Shown here in pieces: positions 41,750 to 55,000 of a stretch of DNA of 64,000 nt; the first letter of the stretch is position 1; each line of letters starts with the position of its first letter. The notes under the pieces were generated by a model. The model was not told the origin of the DNA, ran no database searches, and worked only from the letters and a program-made list of their open reading frames with translations. This stretch comes from Eledone cirrhosa. Lineage: Eukaryota. The position numbers and the translations under genes are program-made. The stretch covers positions 270,072,001 through 270,136,000 of the forward strand of contig OZ024740.1 of assembly GCA_964016885.1 (NCBI GenBank), in the 5' to 3' direction.

Positions 41750-42070
41750 TTTAGTCCAGGTTCAATCGGAGGTAAGGTACTCAATACATAGCAGAGTATA
41801 AATATTTAATATGGAAATCATCAGGAAGCTGACTGTCCAAGTAATTTGGTTGCATTTATACATTCTCTGGTGGTAGGAGAGGGTGGTGATTGGGATGGGT
41901 GGAGGTCATTTGTTGATGGATTTAAAGAAAGGGGATTCTTTAAAAACTATATTTAGATAAAACTAGTGATACAAGACAGAAACAAGTTCACGCTGATTAC
42001 CTATAGACAAACACGAACACACTTAGAGGCACTCCTAATTTTTAAGGTTCATTTATTCCAAGCAATGAGT
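41750..42070 (-). mobile_element. Decayed pLTR of the 30182/33096 hammerhead family (GAAA half deleted)
   Basis: gtaaggtactcaatacat.gcagagta...tcatcaggaagct...gtggtaggagaggg matches 30155-30330 and, in reverse, 33090-33200. Confidence 0.7.
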
Positions 42071-44423
42071 CTGTAAAAATGGCCATGTGTCTACACTCAC
42101 ACCCACCCATACACACTCACACCCATATATACATATATATATGGTTTCCTTTTTAAACTGAAATGTTTATGGTTAAACTTATATTCTCCTAACTATATTT
42201 TTGTTAATGGTCAGGTTATATTGGCTGTCAGCTAACATCTACCATGTAATTCTAATTAAAAGACCTTCAAAATACCTTTTTCTTTTCAATTTGATGTTTC
42301 TGTTTACACTTCATTGTGTATGAAATGTTAAAATCTGTAAAATGTTTGGCAAGTTCTCATTAAGCAGTAACTGCGGCGAAATTATATTTCCTCTTATCCA
42401 TTTCACTTCAGATAGATGCCCATGTCTCATTTCCGTATCTCGAACATCATGACGCTACGACAGGACAGTAATATATCACGTTGACCGTGTGATTTATATT
42501 CCCAATTATATGCATTCTTTCATGTTTACGAACTTCGGAAAGGCATAATGAAATTCGGTCTACAGTATTGCTTCTCTTGTGGAAACGTATTACTTGGATG
42601 ACTGCATTTAACATCATATAAAATGTCTACATAACTACATGATATATCATTAGTCATTTATATGATTTTCGTATAGAAAAGTATACCTGTTATCAACGCA
42701 GTGGTTTTCCATTGCTCTAAGAATTCTTACATTTATTCGGAGCCTTCTTTCATTCATATTGTCTTTCTTAACCTGAACATGTTTTGCGAGAATTGTGTGT
42801 GAAGTGTTTGAAGCTCGCCTTCACAACTTACTCGTGGATAAGGTCGTTTACACTAGTAATCTGAATTATATCTATCTTATGACAGTCATTTTACAGGCTT
42901 GTGGTTGGGCCAATAAATGTTGAGTATCGGCTATACATACGGTGCGGCGTTGGAGTACAAATGTTGTACGCTTCAGTCGCTTCACCAACATGAGATACTC
43001 CATGCTCTAAAACTTAAACTTTTACTTGCTATCCATGTGAAAGTCTATCAATTAGACTATTTTGTATATTCTTTTCCGAGCTGATACAAACAATGAAATG
43101 TCGAAGTGCTGGTACATTACTCGAGTACCTCCTTGGAATCTGTTCAATTCCAGTTAGGAATCGAATATATATCCGTGCTGTACTATGTCCTAAAATAAAC
43201 CTGCTGTCATAAAAAAAAAAAGATATCGAAAAAATCCACGTTTCCATCAATTTGATGCAGAGTATTTTAGATTCTACTACCTCAGGTTTTTCTGACACCT
43301 GTTTATTAGTTATAACATTATTAAGTCAATGAAATTATCTTGGATTACTATTTATTACGAAACGCCAAATACGTAGAAAACAAATTACCACCAATTACCA
43401 TTATTTATGACGTAGAATTTTACATTAGCCTCAAACAATATTTCGTTTAGATATTCCGAATAACTTGTTGATTATTAAAGCTCCAGGAATTGCTTTGATG
43501 TGTATCTCTGTAAATTACTTTGATGTTAGGCCAATCAAGAAAACCGTTTTAAACCAGACAATTACTAATACTGTTCAACAGATGAAAATATTTGGGTAGC
43601 TTTTAATATTCTTATCTTTCTTTTAGCTACAATCTGGTTTTTATTTATTTGATTCTTCTTTTCTACATCCTTTCGCCGTTTATCTTAGATATAGTGATGT
43701 AGTCTTCCGAAATGCTTATGTGTTTCACAAACGAAGCTTCTTCATATGTTTTTGGAGGTTATTCTTTTGAGAATACTTGATGTAATATTTCTGTTGTCTT
43801 CTATATTATATCTCGCAAATCAAAGTCTTCAAATGTTTAGTGACATCATTATTGTCACCGTCGTCGCTATCTGGGAATTACCATGCAGTAACTTTGGCTA
43901 GTTCTATCAAAAGTGTTTCTTTTTATTTTGAAACTTAAAGGCAAGCTCTTCTCTAGCTACAATTCAGCTTTGCTTCTGATTGATTATATTTTCCTTCTTT
44001 TACAACATAAATGCAAAAGAAATAAGTGTACCACTTGCTCAATAGATTCCATACGAAATACAAACAGATATTTAGCCAATACTGTCAGCTACTCTAACGT
44101 ATATTAACATACATCACTGACTGGGCGGTACTGAGTGCAAATTCCTCGAATGAGAAAAGAAAACAGTATATTCCAGGAATCACATAGCTTCAGAAGGTGT
44201 AATGATTTCTACGTAATTTCCTGCTGAGTTGATGCACAATGATATGTCTTCAGACACCACATACAAGGTTATTGAGGTTATTTGAAAAATTGGTATAAAA
44301 GACAGGCTATAGCCCAAAGCTTAGGGAGTCTATTTGCCGCTCATAGTGTAATCTGTTATACCCACTCCCACACAGCTATGTACAATTTAAAGATTCTATC
44401 CAATAACATATAGATAAATAGAT

Positions 44424-44515
<92 letters not shown>

Positions 44516-44521
<6 letters not shown>

Positions 44522-45433
44522 GACGTAAAATAAGAAAATTTTAAAAATTAAAAATTATCTTACTTACTAAAATTTTCACTCCAACTAATTAGTTCCTGTA
44601 AGGGAATAAATATAGTTACGCAACGCAACTGTAGAAAAGTCCTTACGTCATCGGGGAGTCTTTTCTCAGCTAAGTTTCCAGGCAATGCGCGGACACTAGG
44701 AACCCATATAAAAATAATAATTCAGTGGATGGAATAAAGCTAGCGGGGACTAAATTCCAGGGCACTGAAAAAATTCACTCCTACTTGCTCAGTGGCAAAT
44801 TCTAAAGAATCAATCACGTGACACTGAGGATAATCAGTGAGGAGTGGGGTGGTATTATGACAAGAGTCTAACTACTACCATGAACCATAGCAGTAAATTT
44901 TGGCAAGTTTTGCTCAACAAATAATTTGGAGATAAATATAGAGAATTAGTATATCTACCAACATATGTATGCAGATGTATACCCATGCTAGCAAATATAT
45001 GTTATGTCTTAGTACCTTTGTGGTTCTATGCAGGGGTATGCAGAACAATTATATGAAAGACGTAAAATAAGAAAATTTTAAAAATTAAAAATTAACTTAC
45101 TTACTAAAATTTTCACTCCAACTAATTAGTTTCTGTAAGGGAATAAATATAGTTACGAACTATAGAGAAGTCCTTACATCATCAGGGAGTCTATTCTCAG
45201 CTAAGTTCCCAGGCAATGCGCGGACACTAGGAACCCATATAAAAATAATAATTCAGTGGATGGAATAAAGCTAGCGGGGACTAAATTCGAGGGCACTGAA
45301 AAAATTCACTGCCTACTTGGTCAGTGGCAAATTCAAAAGAATCACGTGACACTGAGGAGTGGGGTGGTATTATGACAAGAGTGGGGTGGTATTATGACAA
45401 GAGCCTAACTACTACCATGAACCATAGCAGTAA
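44516..45433 (-). repeat. 1.7 tandem copies of a ~537-bp unit, each with a hammerhead (pLTR/retrozyme-like)
   Basis: 44516-44896 is repeated at 45052-45433 and abuts a long (TA)n. Confidence 0.85.
45115..45190 (-). ncRNA. Type I hammerhead ribozyme with extended stem II
   Basis: actcc-CTGATGA-tgtaagg...tatagtt cgt aactata...ccttaca-GAAA-ctaattag-TT-ggagt. The copy at 44578-44659 has CCGATGA and GGAA. Confidence 0.85.
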
Positions 45434-45435
45434 CA

Positions 45436-48400
45436 TTGATTAAGTGTGCAACCCTTTTCCTTAGCAGCACAGAGAGGGGGTGCTCCTTTACACTTCCACT
45501 TTTCCACCTACAGGCTGATAAAGAGAGAAGGTCCATTCACACGGGCCATTCTCGCTACTTTCACCCACCTTTCATAAAACTTGCTGGGGTAGAGCACCTC
45601 TCTCTCCATTCTGATCCTTCTCTTAAAATGGTATTTAAAGAAAAGGACCAGTTGTTGGCCGGAGAGAAAAGTGTCCGACCTCAGCCCTTTCAAACGTGTC
45701 CACCATACCACCATACCTCTTTCACCATGGCTATTACACAGAAGAATACCGCCTCTCCTTCATTTTTGAAGGGGGAGGCGGCTTGATCGTTACAATGGAC
45801 TCAGTGGTCAACCGGATTGGTCGCACCCGTGACAGCAGGCGTTCGACGTAGCCTCACAGATCGGCAACGCCCAAGCAGTGTACCAATGCGTGCGCAACGG
45901 TTTTCTCATCGCGCACGCATCTGGGACAGATTTTTTTCGAGGGGTCTTTACCCGGGCGCCCGTGACTGTAGAGCTTTTCTCGAACGGGCAGCGCCTCTCG
46001 GTAGCACTGCCAGGCCAGGGACCTCTGGAAGTTGTCCATAGGTCCCGGGCCAAATGTCCTCCCGAATAGGCTGGCCAGTTCGTCTTTCTCCAGGCCTAGG
46101 GCTTGTCCGAGGGCGTCGTCGCACCTACTAACCACAAGCCCTCTATAGAAGGACGAGGTGGAGTCTCCACCGATAGCCGGGTCCGCCTGCCCGAGAGCCG
46201 TGAGCGCCTGGGCACACTCGGTGTGCCAGGCGCCCAGTTTTATCGGTCTTTGCTTGACCCAGGACTGCAGCTCGGTCTTGGAAAGGCTCGCCTCACAAAC
46301 GGGGCCCACACCGGTTGACAGGTGAGGAATACCTGGAGGTGCCGTAGCCTTAATGTGTGTTTACGCATCAGCAGCCACGGCATCCCCAGCCCTCCTTTCG
46401 AAGGGTGTTGACAGCAGATGGATCTCCTCGCCAATGGAGCCCGCTTTTTCCAAAGGAATTGGAACATTGCGCGCTCCATTTTGGTGAGCGTTTCCCTTGG
46501 GCAAGGCACGACGGTCAGGCGGTAATAGATGACGGACGTTATATAAGCGTTCGCCACCTCCGCCCGACCTTTCAGGGATAGTTTGCACTCAGCCCACTTC
46601 CGCGTCAGCGCAAACATCCTGTTCGATACCTCACCCCAGTTCTTCTCCACCTGGAGGTCTGGCCCGAACCAGACCCCTGAGCAACTTCACCGGGCCCTCC
46701 GTCCAACGTCCGACGACGCCGTTGGAGGCCATCGGTTTGCCCCTCCATTTGCAGTTGCAAACCGACTGCCTTGTCCCGGTTCAGCTTTGCCCCTGTAAAC
46801 GTTTCGTATTCCTCTGTATTCCGAGGCGCTCGACACTATTACTGTCCCGTCATCGGCATAGGCCGACACCGCTTTCCGCAATCCCGGTTCCAAAGGGATG
46901 CCCTGTAACAACTCCAACTTCCGTAGCAGTGGCTCTAGGGCCAATACATACAGAAGGGAGGAGAGAGGGCATCCCTGTCGGATGGACCGCGTGATTTCGA
47001 ACGGCTCCGAGAGGTAGCCGTTCACCTTGACCCTATAGCAGATGCGGCCGCTGTGCATGGTAGTGATCCAGCCCCTGAAATTTTTTCCGAAACCTGCCGC
47101 CTCTAGCACCGCATCCTGGTTACGATGGTTGACCATATCGAACGCTTTAGATTGATCCAAGTTGATCAGGGCCCCGCCAAAGCTGGGTTCGTTCCCAACC
47201 CTCTCTATGATGTATCGCATGAGATGGAGTTTGTCGTGAATGGACCTGGACGAGATGGCGCATGTCTGCGCATCTCCCACCAGGTTGCCCACGACAAGCG
47301 TCAACCTCTTTGCTAGCACCTTGGCCAAAATCTGTAACTCTGTATTTAGCAGAGTCATGGGCCTGAAATTATTTATATCGTCCCCCTTGTTCTCGTCGTT
47401 CCTCACTAGCTAGACTACGCCCTTGGTCAGAGAACAGGGAATTCTCCCGTTCTGTTGCCAGTTGCAGTAGACCGCTTCGAGGAGATCGAAGAACAAGTCC
47501 GGCATACTTAAATACAGTTCGTATGGAAGACCATCGAGTCCCGGAGATTTGCGTCTGCCGCATTGGCTCAGCACGTCCCCTATTTCAGCAGCTGAGATCG
47601 GCCTCTCGCAGGAGTTCGCCTCCTCGTCTGAAAGACGCGGCAGGCCGTCGGGGTATGGACCGAGGTTCAAAACCCCATCTGGCCCCTCGTCCCTTCCGAA
47701 CAATCGGGCAAAGTGCCTTTGAAAGGCCTCGCACATCTGCTTAGGTTCAAGGATCACCCGTCATACTGGTTTCGCAAAGACCGGATAGTGGATCTAGTCC
47801 CACTTTTGGCGTCTGTCGCGCGGGCCCAGCTAACAGCTTTGTTCCCTGGTTTCTCAGAGCACGTATTTTGCTTCGGACAACGCAGCCTTCGTGTTTCGCG
47901 TCGAAGAACTGGCCCAAGGCCTTTTTCGATGCTAGCACTCTGGCTACGTCGCCGCTTCTAATTGCCTCTTCTACACTATCGACCAACTCCCTTTCCTTCC
48001 TATTTCTAACTGAGACTGACTCCTTACTAACTCCTATTAAAGCTACTCTAATCTCTCTTATAAGAGAGCCCCACTACCAACTGTTGACGATGGCGCCCGT
48101 GAACCGCTCCTTAATTAATGTATTAATCCGGTTCCTGTAAGCTTTACTTGCCGGTAAGGACAAGTTAAGCTTCCAGTAACCGGGTCCCTGTCTATGCGTT
48201 CTATCAAGGTTGACCATGGAGGTCACTAACTTGTGGTCCGAATAGCCAACCATGAGCATTTTTGGACAACTTAAACAGTCCCTATCCTTATTTCTAACTA
48301 AGAACCTATCTAGGTACGATCTAGATTGACCGCTATGGTTTCTCCAAGTCTAGGTTGGCACAGTCGGAAACTCTAGTCGATATCTATCGGCCAGGTCGAA

Positions 48401-51080
48401 TCGGCCGATTAACCCCTTGAGGCAGTTACAACCTCCTCTATCAGGACATCCCCCTACATAGTCCCAACGAGCATCTAGGATACCATTCCAGTGCCCCACT
48501 AAAAGCAAGGAGAGGGACGTCCCTAGAAAAGTCTCCAGACGATGGAAGAAGACCTGCCGCGTTGACCCAAAAGGGCCGTAGACGGCGACCAGCCTAAAAG
48601 CTCCGCCTTCACCACTGCCAATGTCCAGAACCACTAGTCGACCCTCCGGGTCCAAGTGTACCGTCTGTGTAACGAGACCCAGTTGTTTTTACAGCAGAAC
48701 GACAAACCCACCCCCACCTTCGGGCTGACAGAGAGATGCGTGCATCTTAAAGTCATGAAAGGTGGAGGCCAGCTGTCGCACGCTGCTGATCCGGGCCTCG
48801 CAAATAACCATCACATTTATACATCGTGACCTGAGGTCAATTAGAAGCATCGCTTGCTTCCAAGGTGAGCCAAGGCCACGCGCATTTAGACAACATATTC
48901 AAACACAGCCATGTTGGTAGTAAAGAGAAAGGCACTTACCTTTCTGCGTCTCGGGGACCGGGCCGCACAACTTCCATGGGGATGGGGGATGGGTTGTTGG
49001 GTGGGGTGGTGGCTTGTCGAAGTGTAGGGGCATCAGTGTGTGGTGGGGTTGGGGTATTTGGAATTGTGCGGGTGTCTGGGGGAAAAAGTTTTAGGAGGAC
49101 ACGGTTAATGGGTCTGACGCAGGGGGGCCCCACGTCCTCTTTAAAAGTGTCTTTTAACGTTTTGTAAATGTCCATTGGGGCGTTTATCATTTTTAGATGG
49201 GGAAGCCCCGTTGCTTGTGCGTAATTCGAACCTTCAGTTTTTATTAAGTTGTTATTATAAATAACGTTTAACAGTTTTTTGTTTATTGTATTTATGTAAG
49301 TGTATGCATATTTTTCTTTTGGAGTGATGTTTTTTTGTTTGCTGTTGTGTTTTTTTGTGTTGATGTCTGTGTTATGTATTGGGCAGGGGTTGTTTGTATT
49401 TGTGTTCCTGTGGTGTGTTTTCTTTTTTTTCTTTTAACTTTATGAAAGTCCCCCCCCCCTCGTCTGACGACGAAAGGGGGTGGTCTTCCGTATTCGAGGG
49501 GAGGGGTTCATTTTCGGCTCGTGTTTGTGGTGTGGGTGTTATTGTATTTGTTTTCTGTGTGGGGGGATGGGGGGATTGTTTTCAGTTGTGTTTTAACTTG
49601 TGGTGTTAGTTGTTTTTGTGGTGGTGGTGGAGGTTGTTTGGTAGTGTTGTAGTTGTTGGTGGGGGCAGAATTGGTGTTTTTTGTTTGCTTGGGAACAGGC
49701 AGCCTTCGGGTGACCTCTGCCACCACAGAGGTAACAAGCGGGTCGTCTACCCTCCACTGTGATGTGCAAGTAGGCAAGCCCATCCAGCAATATGCGGTCG
49801 GGGATCCTAGCAATTTGTTCTGGCTGCATTTGCACCAGAACTTGCAGGCTAGTTCCACCGAGCACGTTGCTGGAAGACTTACCTACCGAATTTACTGCAT
49901 CCTCTTTCAAGTCGAAGAGGCCACGCAGTACCGCCCAGAAATCAATATCTGGATCGATACTGTGTATGGTCAATCTTTTTGTTCTTCTTCCCAAATAAGT
50001 GGGGAAGAAGGTAAATAAGGGGGACACAATTGGGGCCAGGGATTGTTTTTCGGCCGTCAATTTATCTTTCATTCGGATGGATAGACTACCGTAGAGTCTA
50101 TCCTTCCGAATGAATAAAATGTTTTTCAGATGATCTTTTAAAGCCAGTTCAATCTCTGTTTATGTGAGTTGTACTGGCTTACGGGTTTTGTTGGATATTG
50201 TCCTATAAATAATATTTTTTAATCTATATTCCTTTTTTAGCTCTGGGGGAGAATTTAAAGAAAATAGACCATTCTCCTCCAAAGTTATATACTTCCGTGC
50301 ATTTTCCATTTGCTGGGCCATGTTTGAAATGTCAATAGAAGTATATAACTGTTTTTTTGGTAGTTTGAGCGAACGTCATTTTGTTCGCCCCCTCTGTGTT
50401 TACATTTGTCGACATGTGGTTGTTTTCTTGTTTTTTGTTGATTTTTCGTTGTGTTTGTGTTATTTATGTTGGTGTATGCGTTCACATTTTTTTTCCCGTT
50501 GGGGTTAGACTCCATTTTTACAAAAAGTTCACTTATATTTTCAGTATCCGAGAGACTTGTAGTCACAGCTACTACTTCTCTTTCACCTTTGCTGGTGGGC
50601 TTGGCACCGTGATAAGTCGAAACGGCATCCATTAATGTTGGCAATTTCTCCGAGTCAACTTTTTTCACATTTTTTTCATTAGGGTTAGGCTCCATTTTTT
50701 CAATGTTTCTAATAATAATTATTCTCTCACGGGGTCGATAAAATAAAGTACCAATAATGCACTGGGTAATTGCTGGCCCTGTGTCTAAAGTAGAAACAAT
50801 TATTCTTTCAGTAGGGATGCTTGTTGCCTCCGCTACCCGCTCTCCTTCAGTTTGTTTAATGGCTTCCATTACCACTAGAGTAGAGACAATTACAAGATTT
50901 TTAGGATGGAAGAATTTCACCCCGAAAAGGTGTGAAATAAATTAACCCTAATGTCCGAAGACCCAGGCAAGGGGGTTAATTAACACAATAACGCAAGAAT
51001 ACAGACAAACACTTACTGTTAACACGTAATATATCCAATAATCGAGGAGCCGATGTGAAGCACGTCTATACCATCCGGAG
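45436..51080 (-). mobile_element. Tx1-clade LINE copy 1, nearly full length and decayed (ORF1 ~48936-50869, ORF2 ~45508-48912); 3'UTR truncated
   Basis: Fragments with CYLCGGRGHPKAAC, YSDHKLV, GPGYWKLN, LDQSKAFD, QGCPLS, AYADD, CPRC..H..C; many frameshifts. The 5' end abuts a GATA tract at 51079-51095. Confidence 0.95.
50730..50802 (+). mobile_element. 5'-truncated SINE inserted in ORF1 of LINE copy 1
   Basis: cggggtcgataaaataaagtacc...agtagaaac with a 13-bp TSD aattattctYtca (50717-50729 / 50798-50810). Confidence 0.85.
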
Positions 51081-51421
51081 ATAGACAGATAGATATTACG
51101 GGCGAGCATAGAATCTACGTGGACCTCTTATAATATAATAAAATGACGACGAATAAGATTAGAAGTATTGCAAATGATTAGAAGTATTGCAATCTGATTA
51201 ATAGTGTTCCGGTGAGGACGTGGCGGCATCTGTTAAACATTGTGTATTTAGAACAACATTATCCAATTAAAGACATCAAGTAGTCATTTGGCTCCTATTT
51301 TTATCTGATCGTGTGACTGCGTAGCCGCTCTCATTCTAGTATCTATTACGACAAATTTTAGCAAGAATGTGTTATATAATTCGAAGCGTCAATCTGTGTG
51401 TTTGTCAGTACTTATATTTAG

Positions 51422-51556
51422 GGCGAAGTTCCTCATCAGATGAAGAATGTCGAAGTAGGAGGACACGTGTTTTGTATCAATCACATTATATCGACAATTA
51501 TGTATGTTTTAATTGCATTAAGCTGTTTCATGGAACCTGTTCTAAATGCACTGCAG
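51422..51556 (+). CDS. Candidate host exon, 135 nt, phase 1-1, Cys-rich extracellular-type module
   Basis: cttatatttag acceptor and CAG|gtaagt donor; open frame (G)RSSSSDEECRSRRTRVLYQSHYIDNYVCFNCIKLFHGTCSKCTA(G). Confidence 0.4.
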
Positions 51557-52067
51557 GTAAGTTCCCTGAAATATAACTCTGTAACGCAGGCTTGATATTT
51601 ATGATTAGGCAATATCAGATTAAAACAAGGTATAGTTGAATACAATTAGAAATGGTACCAGAGATAATCAGGTGAGGGCAGACTAACATTTACCATGTAG
51701 CGTTCCAAATAGAAGACATATCAAATTCCATTTCACTTGTAATTATATGAAAAAACATTAGCCTTAATGAAAATTCCTCTCACGAAATGCAGGAGTGAGA
51801 TATCTGAAATTTAAATTGATTAAATATTAAATGTAGTTGCAGAGCAGGGAGGCTGATGATCGGTTTAATTATTCAACATGTACCCAACACAACATAAAGA
51901 GGATATTGTTTGCAGTGTCATTTAAAATAACTTTGTAAACTTCACGCTATATACTATACGAAGATGATGTCCTAAATACACTCTATGGAGTATATGTATA
52001 TATATATACACCCCCCCCCCTCACACCCACACACATATATAGAGATAGATAGGTAGATAGATAGATA

Positions 52068-55000
52068 ACTTTCTATTTATTTGCCAGCAGGGCATAAAAG
52101 ATTGGGACAAATACAAGGGGGCTACATACATTTAAAGGACGTGTATAAAAAATAACAAATCAAATTCAACAATCGAAGTCCTCAATAGGGTGGCGGCGTT
52201 GACACACCCCTGAAAAAATATGCAACCCTTCTCCTCAGGAGCACAAAGAGTGGGTGCTCCCTTCCTCTCTTCCTTCTCCTCCTCTCTCACCTACAGGCTG
52301 ATATAGAGAGAAGGCCCATTCACTCGGGCCATTCTCGCCAATATCAACACCTTTCATAAAACTTGCTGGGGTAGAGCACCTCTCTCTCCATTCTGATCCT
52401 TCTTCTAAAATGGTATTTGAAAAAAAGGACCAGTTGTTGGCCGGAGAGAAAGGTGTCTGACCTCAGCCCTTTCAACCTCGTCCACCATACAACCGCTTTT
52501 GCCATAGCTATCACACAGAGGAAAACCGCGTCTCCTTCGTTTTTGAAGGAGGGGGGGGGCGGTTTGATCGTGACAATGTACTCGGTGGTCAACCAGATTG
52601 GTCCCACCCACGACAGTAGTCGTTCCACATAACTCCACAGGTCAGCAACGCCCGGGCAGTGTACTAATGCGTGCGCAACGGTTTCCTCGTCACGCACGCA
52701 TCTCGGACAGATCTTTTTTGCAGGGTCCCTACCCGGGCGCCCGTGTCTGTAGAGCTTGTCGCGAACGGGTAGAGCTCCTCGGTAGCACTGCCAAGCCAGG
52801 GACTTTTGGAAGTTGTCGATCGGTCCCGGGGAAAACGTCCTACCGAACAGACTGGCTAGTTCGTCTTCCTCCATGCCCAGGGCTTCAGCGAGAGCGGCGA
52901 CGCACTTGCTCCGCACCAACCCTCTATAGAATGTTGAGGTGGAGTCTCCACTGATTGCCGAATCCGCTTGCCACTTTTCTCAGTCTTTGCTTGACCCAGG
53001 ATTGAAGCTCGGTGAGTGAGACGAGTCTCGGAAAGGCTCGCCTCACAAAAGAGGCCCACACCGGTTGACCAGTGAGGAATACCTGGAGGTGCCGTAGCCT
53101 TAATGCGTGTCTACGCATCGTTAGCCACGGCATCCCCACCCTCCGTTCGAAGGGTGTTGACAGCAGATGGATTTTCTCACCAAAGGGGCCCGCTTCTTCC
53201 AAAGGAATCGGAAGAGCACGCGCTCCATTTTGGCGAGCGCTTTCGCTGGGCAAGTCACGACGGTGAAGCGGTAGTAGATGAAGGACACTATATAAGTGTT
53301 CGCCACCTCCGCTCGACCTTTCAGGGATAGTTTGCACTCGGCCCACTTCTGGACGAGTGCAAACACCCTGCCCGTTACCTCGTCCCAGTTTTTCTCCACC
53401 TGGAGGTCCGATCCGAACCAGATCCCGAGCAGCTTCACCGGTTCCTCCGTTCAGCGTCTAACGACGCCGTTGGAGGGCATCAGTTTGCCTCTCAACGTTC
53501 CGAGTTGCAAACTGACGGATTTGTCCCGGTTAAGCTTGGATCCTGTAAACCTTTCGTATTCCTCCAGTAAAGTGCCGATCTGCCCGATTTCCGAGGCGCA
53601 CGACACCATTACTGTCACGTCATCGGCGTAGGACGACACCGCTTTCCTCAATCCCGGTTCCAAGTCGATGCCCTGCAACAGCTCCAACTTCTGCAGTAGT
53701 GGCTCGAGAGCCAGCACATACAGAAGGGAGGAGAGAGGGCAACCTTGTCGGATGGATCGCGTGATTTGGAACGGCTCCGAGAGGTAGCCGTTTACCTTGA
53801 CCCTCAAGCAGGTGTTGCTGCTGTGCATTGCAGCAATCCAGCTCCTGAAAAAGGGCCGAAGCCTGCCGCCGCGAGCATCGCATCCAAGTACCGATGGTTG
53901 ACCCTATCGAACGCCTTAGATTGATCCAAGTTGATCAGGGCCCCACCAAAGCGGGGTTCATTCCCTTCCCTCTCTACGATGTATCGCATGAGGTGGAGGT
54001 TATCGTGTATGGACCTGGATGGGATTGCGCATGTCTGCGCTTCTCCCACCAGGTTCCCGACGACAAGCGCCAAACTTTTCGCCAAAACCCTTAACTCTGT
54101 ATTTAGCAGAGTTATGGGCCTGAAGTTATCTATGTCATCCCCCTTGTTCTCGTCTTTCCTCACTAGCGTGAATACGCCCTTAGTCACAGGACTGGGAATT
54201 CTCCCGTTCTGTTGCCAGTTGCAGTAGACCGCCTCAAGGAGATCGGAGAACAAGTCCGGCATCGCTACATAAAGTTCGTATGGTAGACCATCGAGACCCG
54301 GAGATTTGAGTTTGCCGCATTGGCTCAGCGCTTCCCCTATTTCAGCGGCTGAAATCGGCCTTTCGCAGGACTTCGCCTCTTCTTCCGAGAGCCGCGGCAG
54401 ACCGTCGAGGTATGGACCGAAATCCATGGCCTCCCCCGGCCCACCACCCCTCCCGAACATTCGTGCAAAGCGCCGCTGAAAGGCTGCGCTCATCCGCTCA
54501 GGTTCAAGGATCACACGTCCATCCTGGTCCTTCAAAGACCGAATCGTGGACTTGTTTCCCCTTTTTGCCTCTGTCACTCGGGCGCAGCTAACAGCTTTGG
54601 CTCTCTCCTTACCCAGAGCACGTATTTTACTCCTGACAACGCAGCCCTCGTAATTCGCGTTAAAGAACTGGTCTAGGGCCGTTCTTGACGCCAGCACGCC
54701 GGTCACTTTGCCACTCCTAATCGCCTCTTCTACTCTATCTATCAATTCCCTTTCAGTTCTATTCCTATCTAATGCTAATTCCTGACTAAAACCTATCGAT
54801 TCTATTCTAATGCTCTCGAGAGAGAGCCCCACCACCTGCTGTTGAAACTTTCCCCCCGCCAACCGCTGCTTAACTAAAATGCTAATCCGCTTACTGTAAG
54901 CTTTGTTTATCGGTAAGGATAAGTTTAGCTTCCAGTAACCGGATCCTTGTCTATGGGTTCTATCAAGGTTGACTACCCGGTCACTAACTTGTGATCCGAA

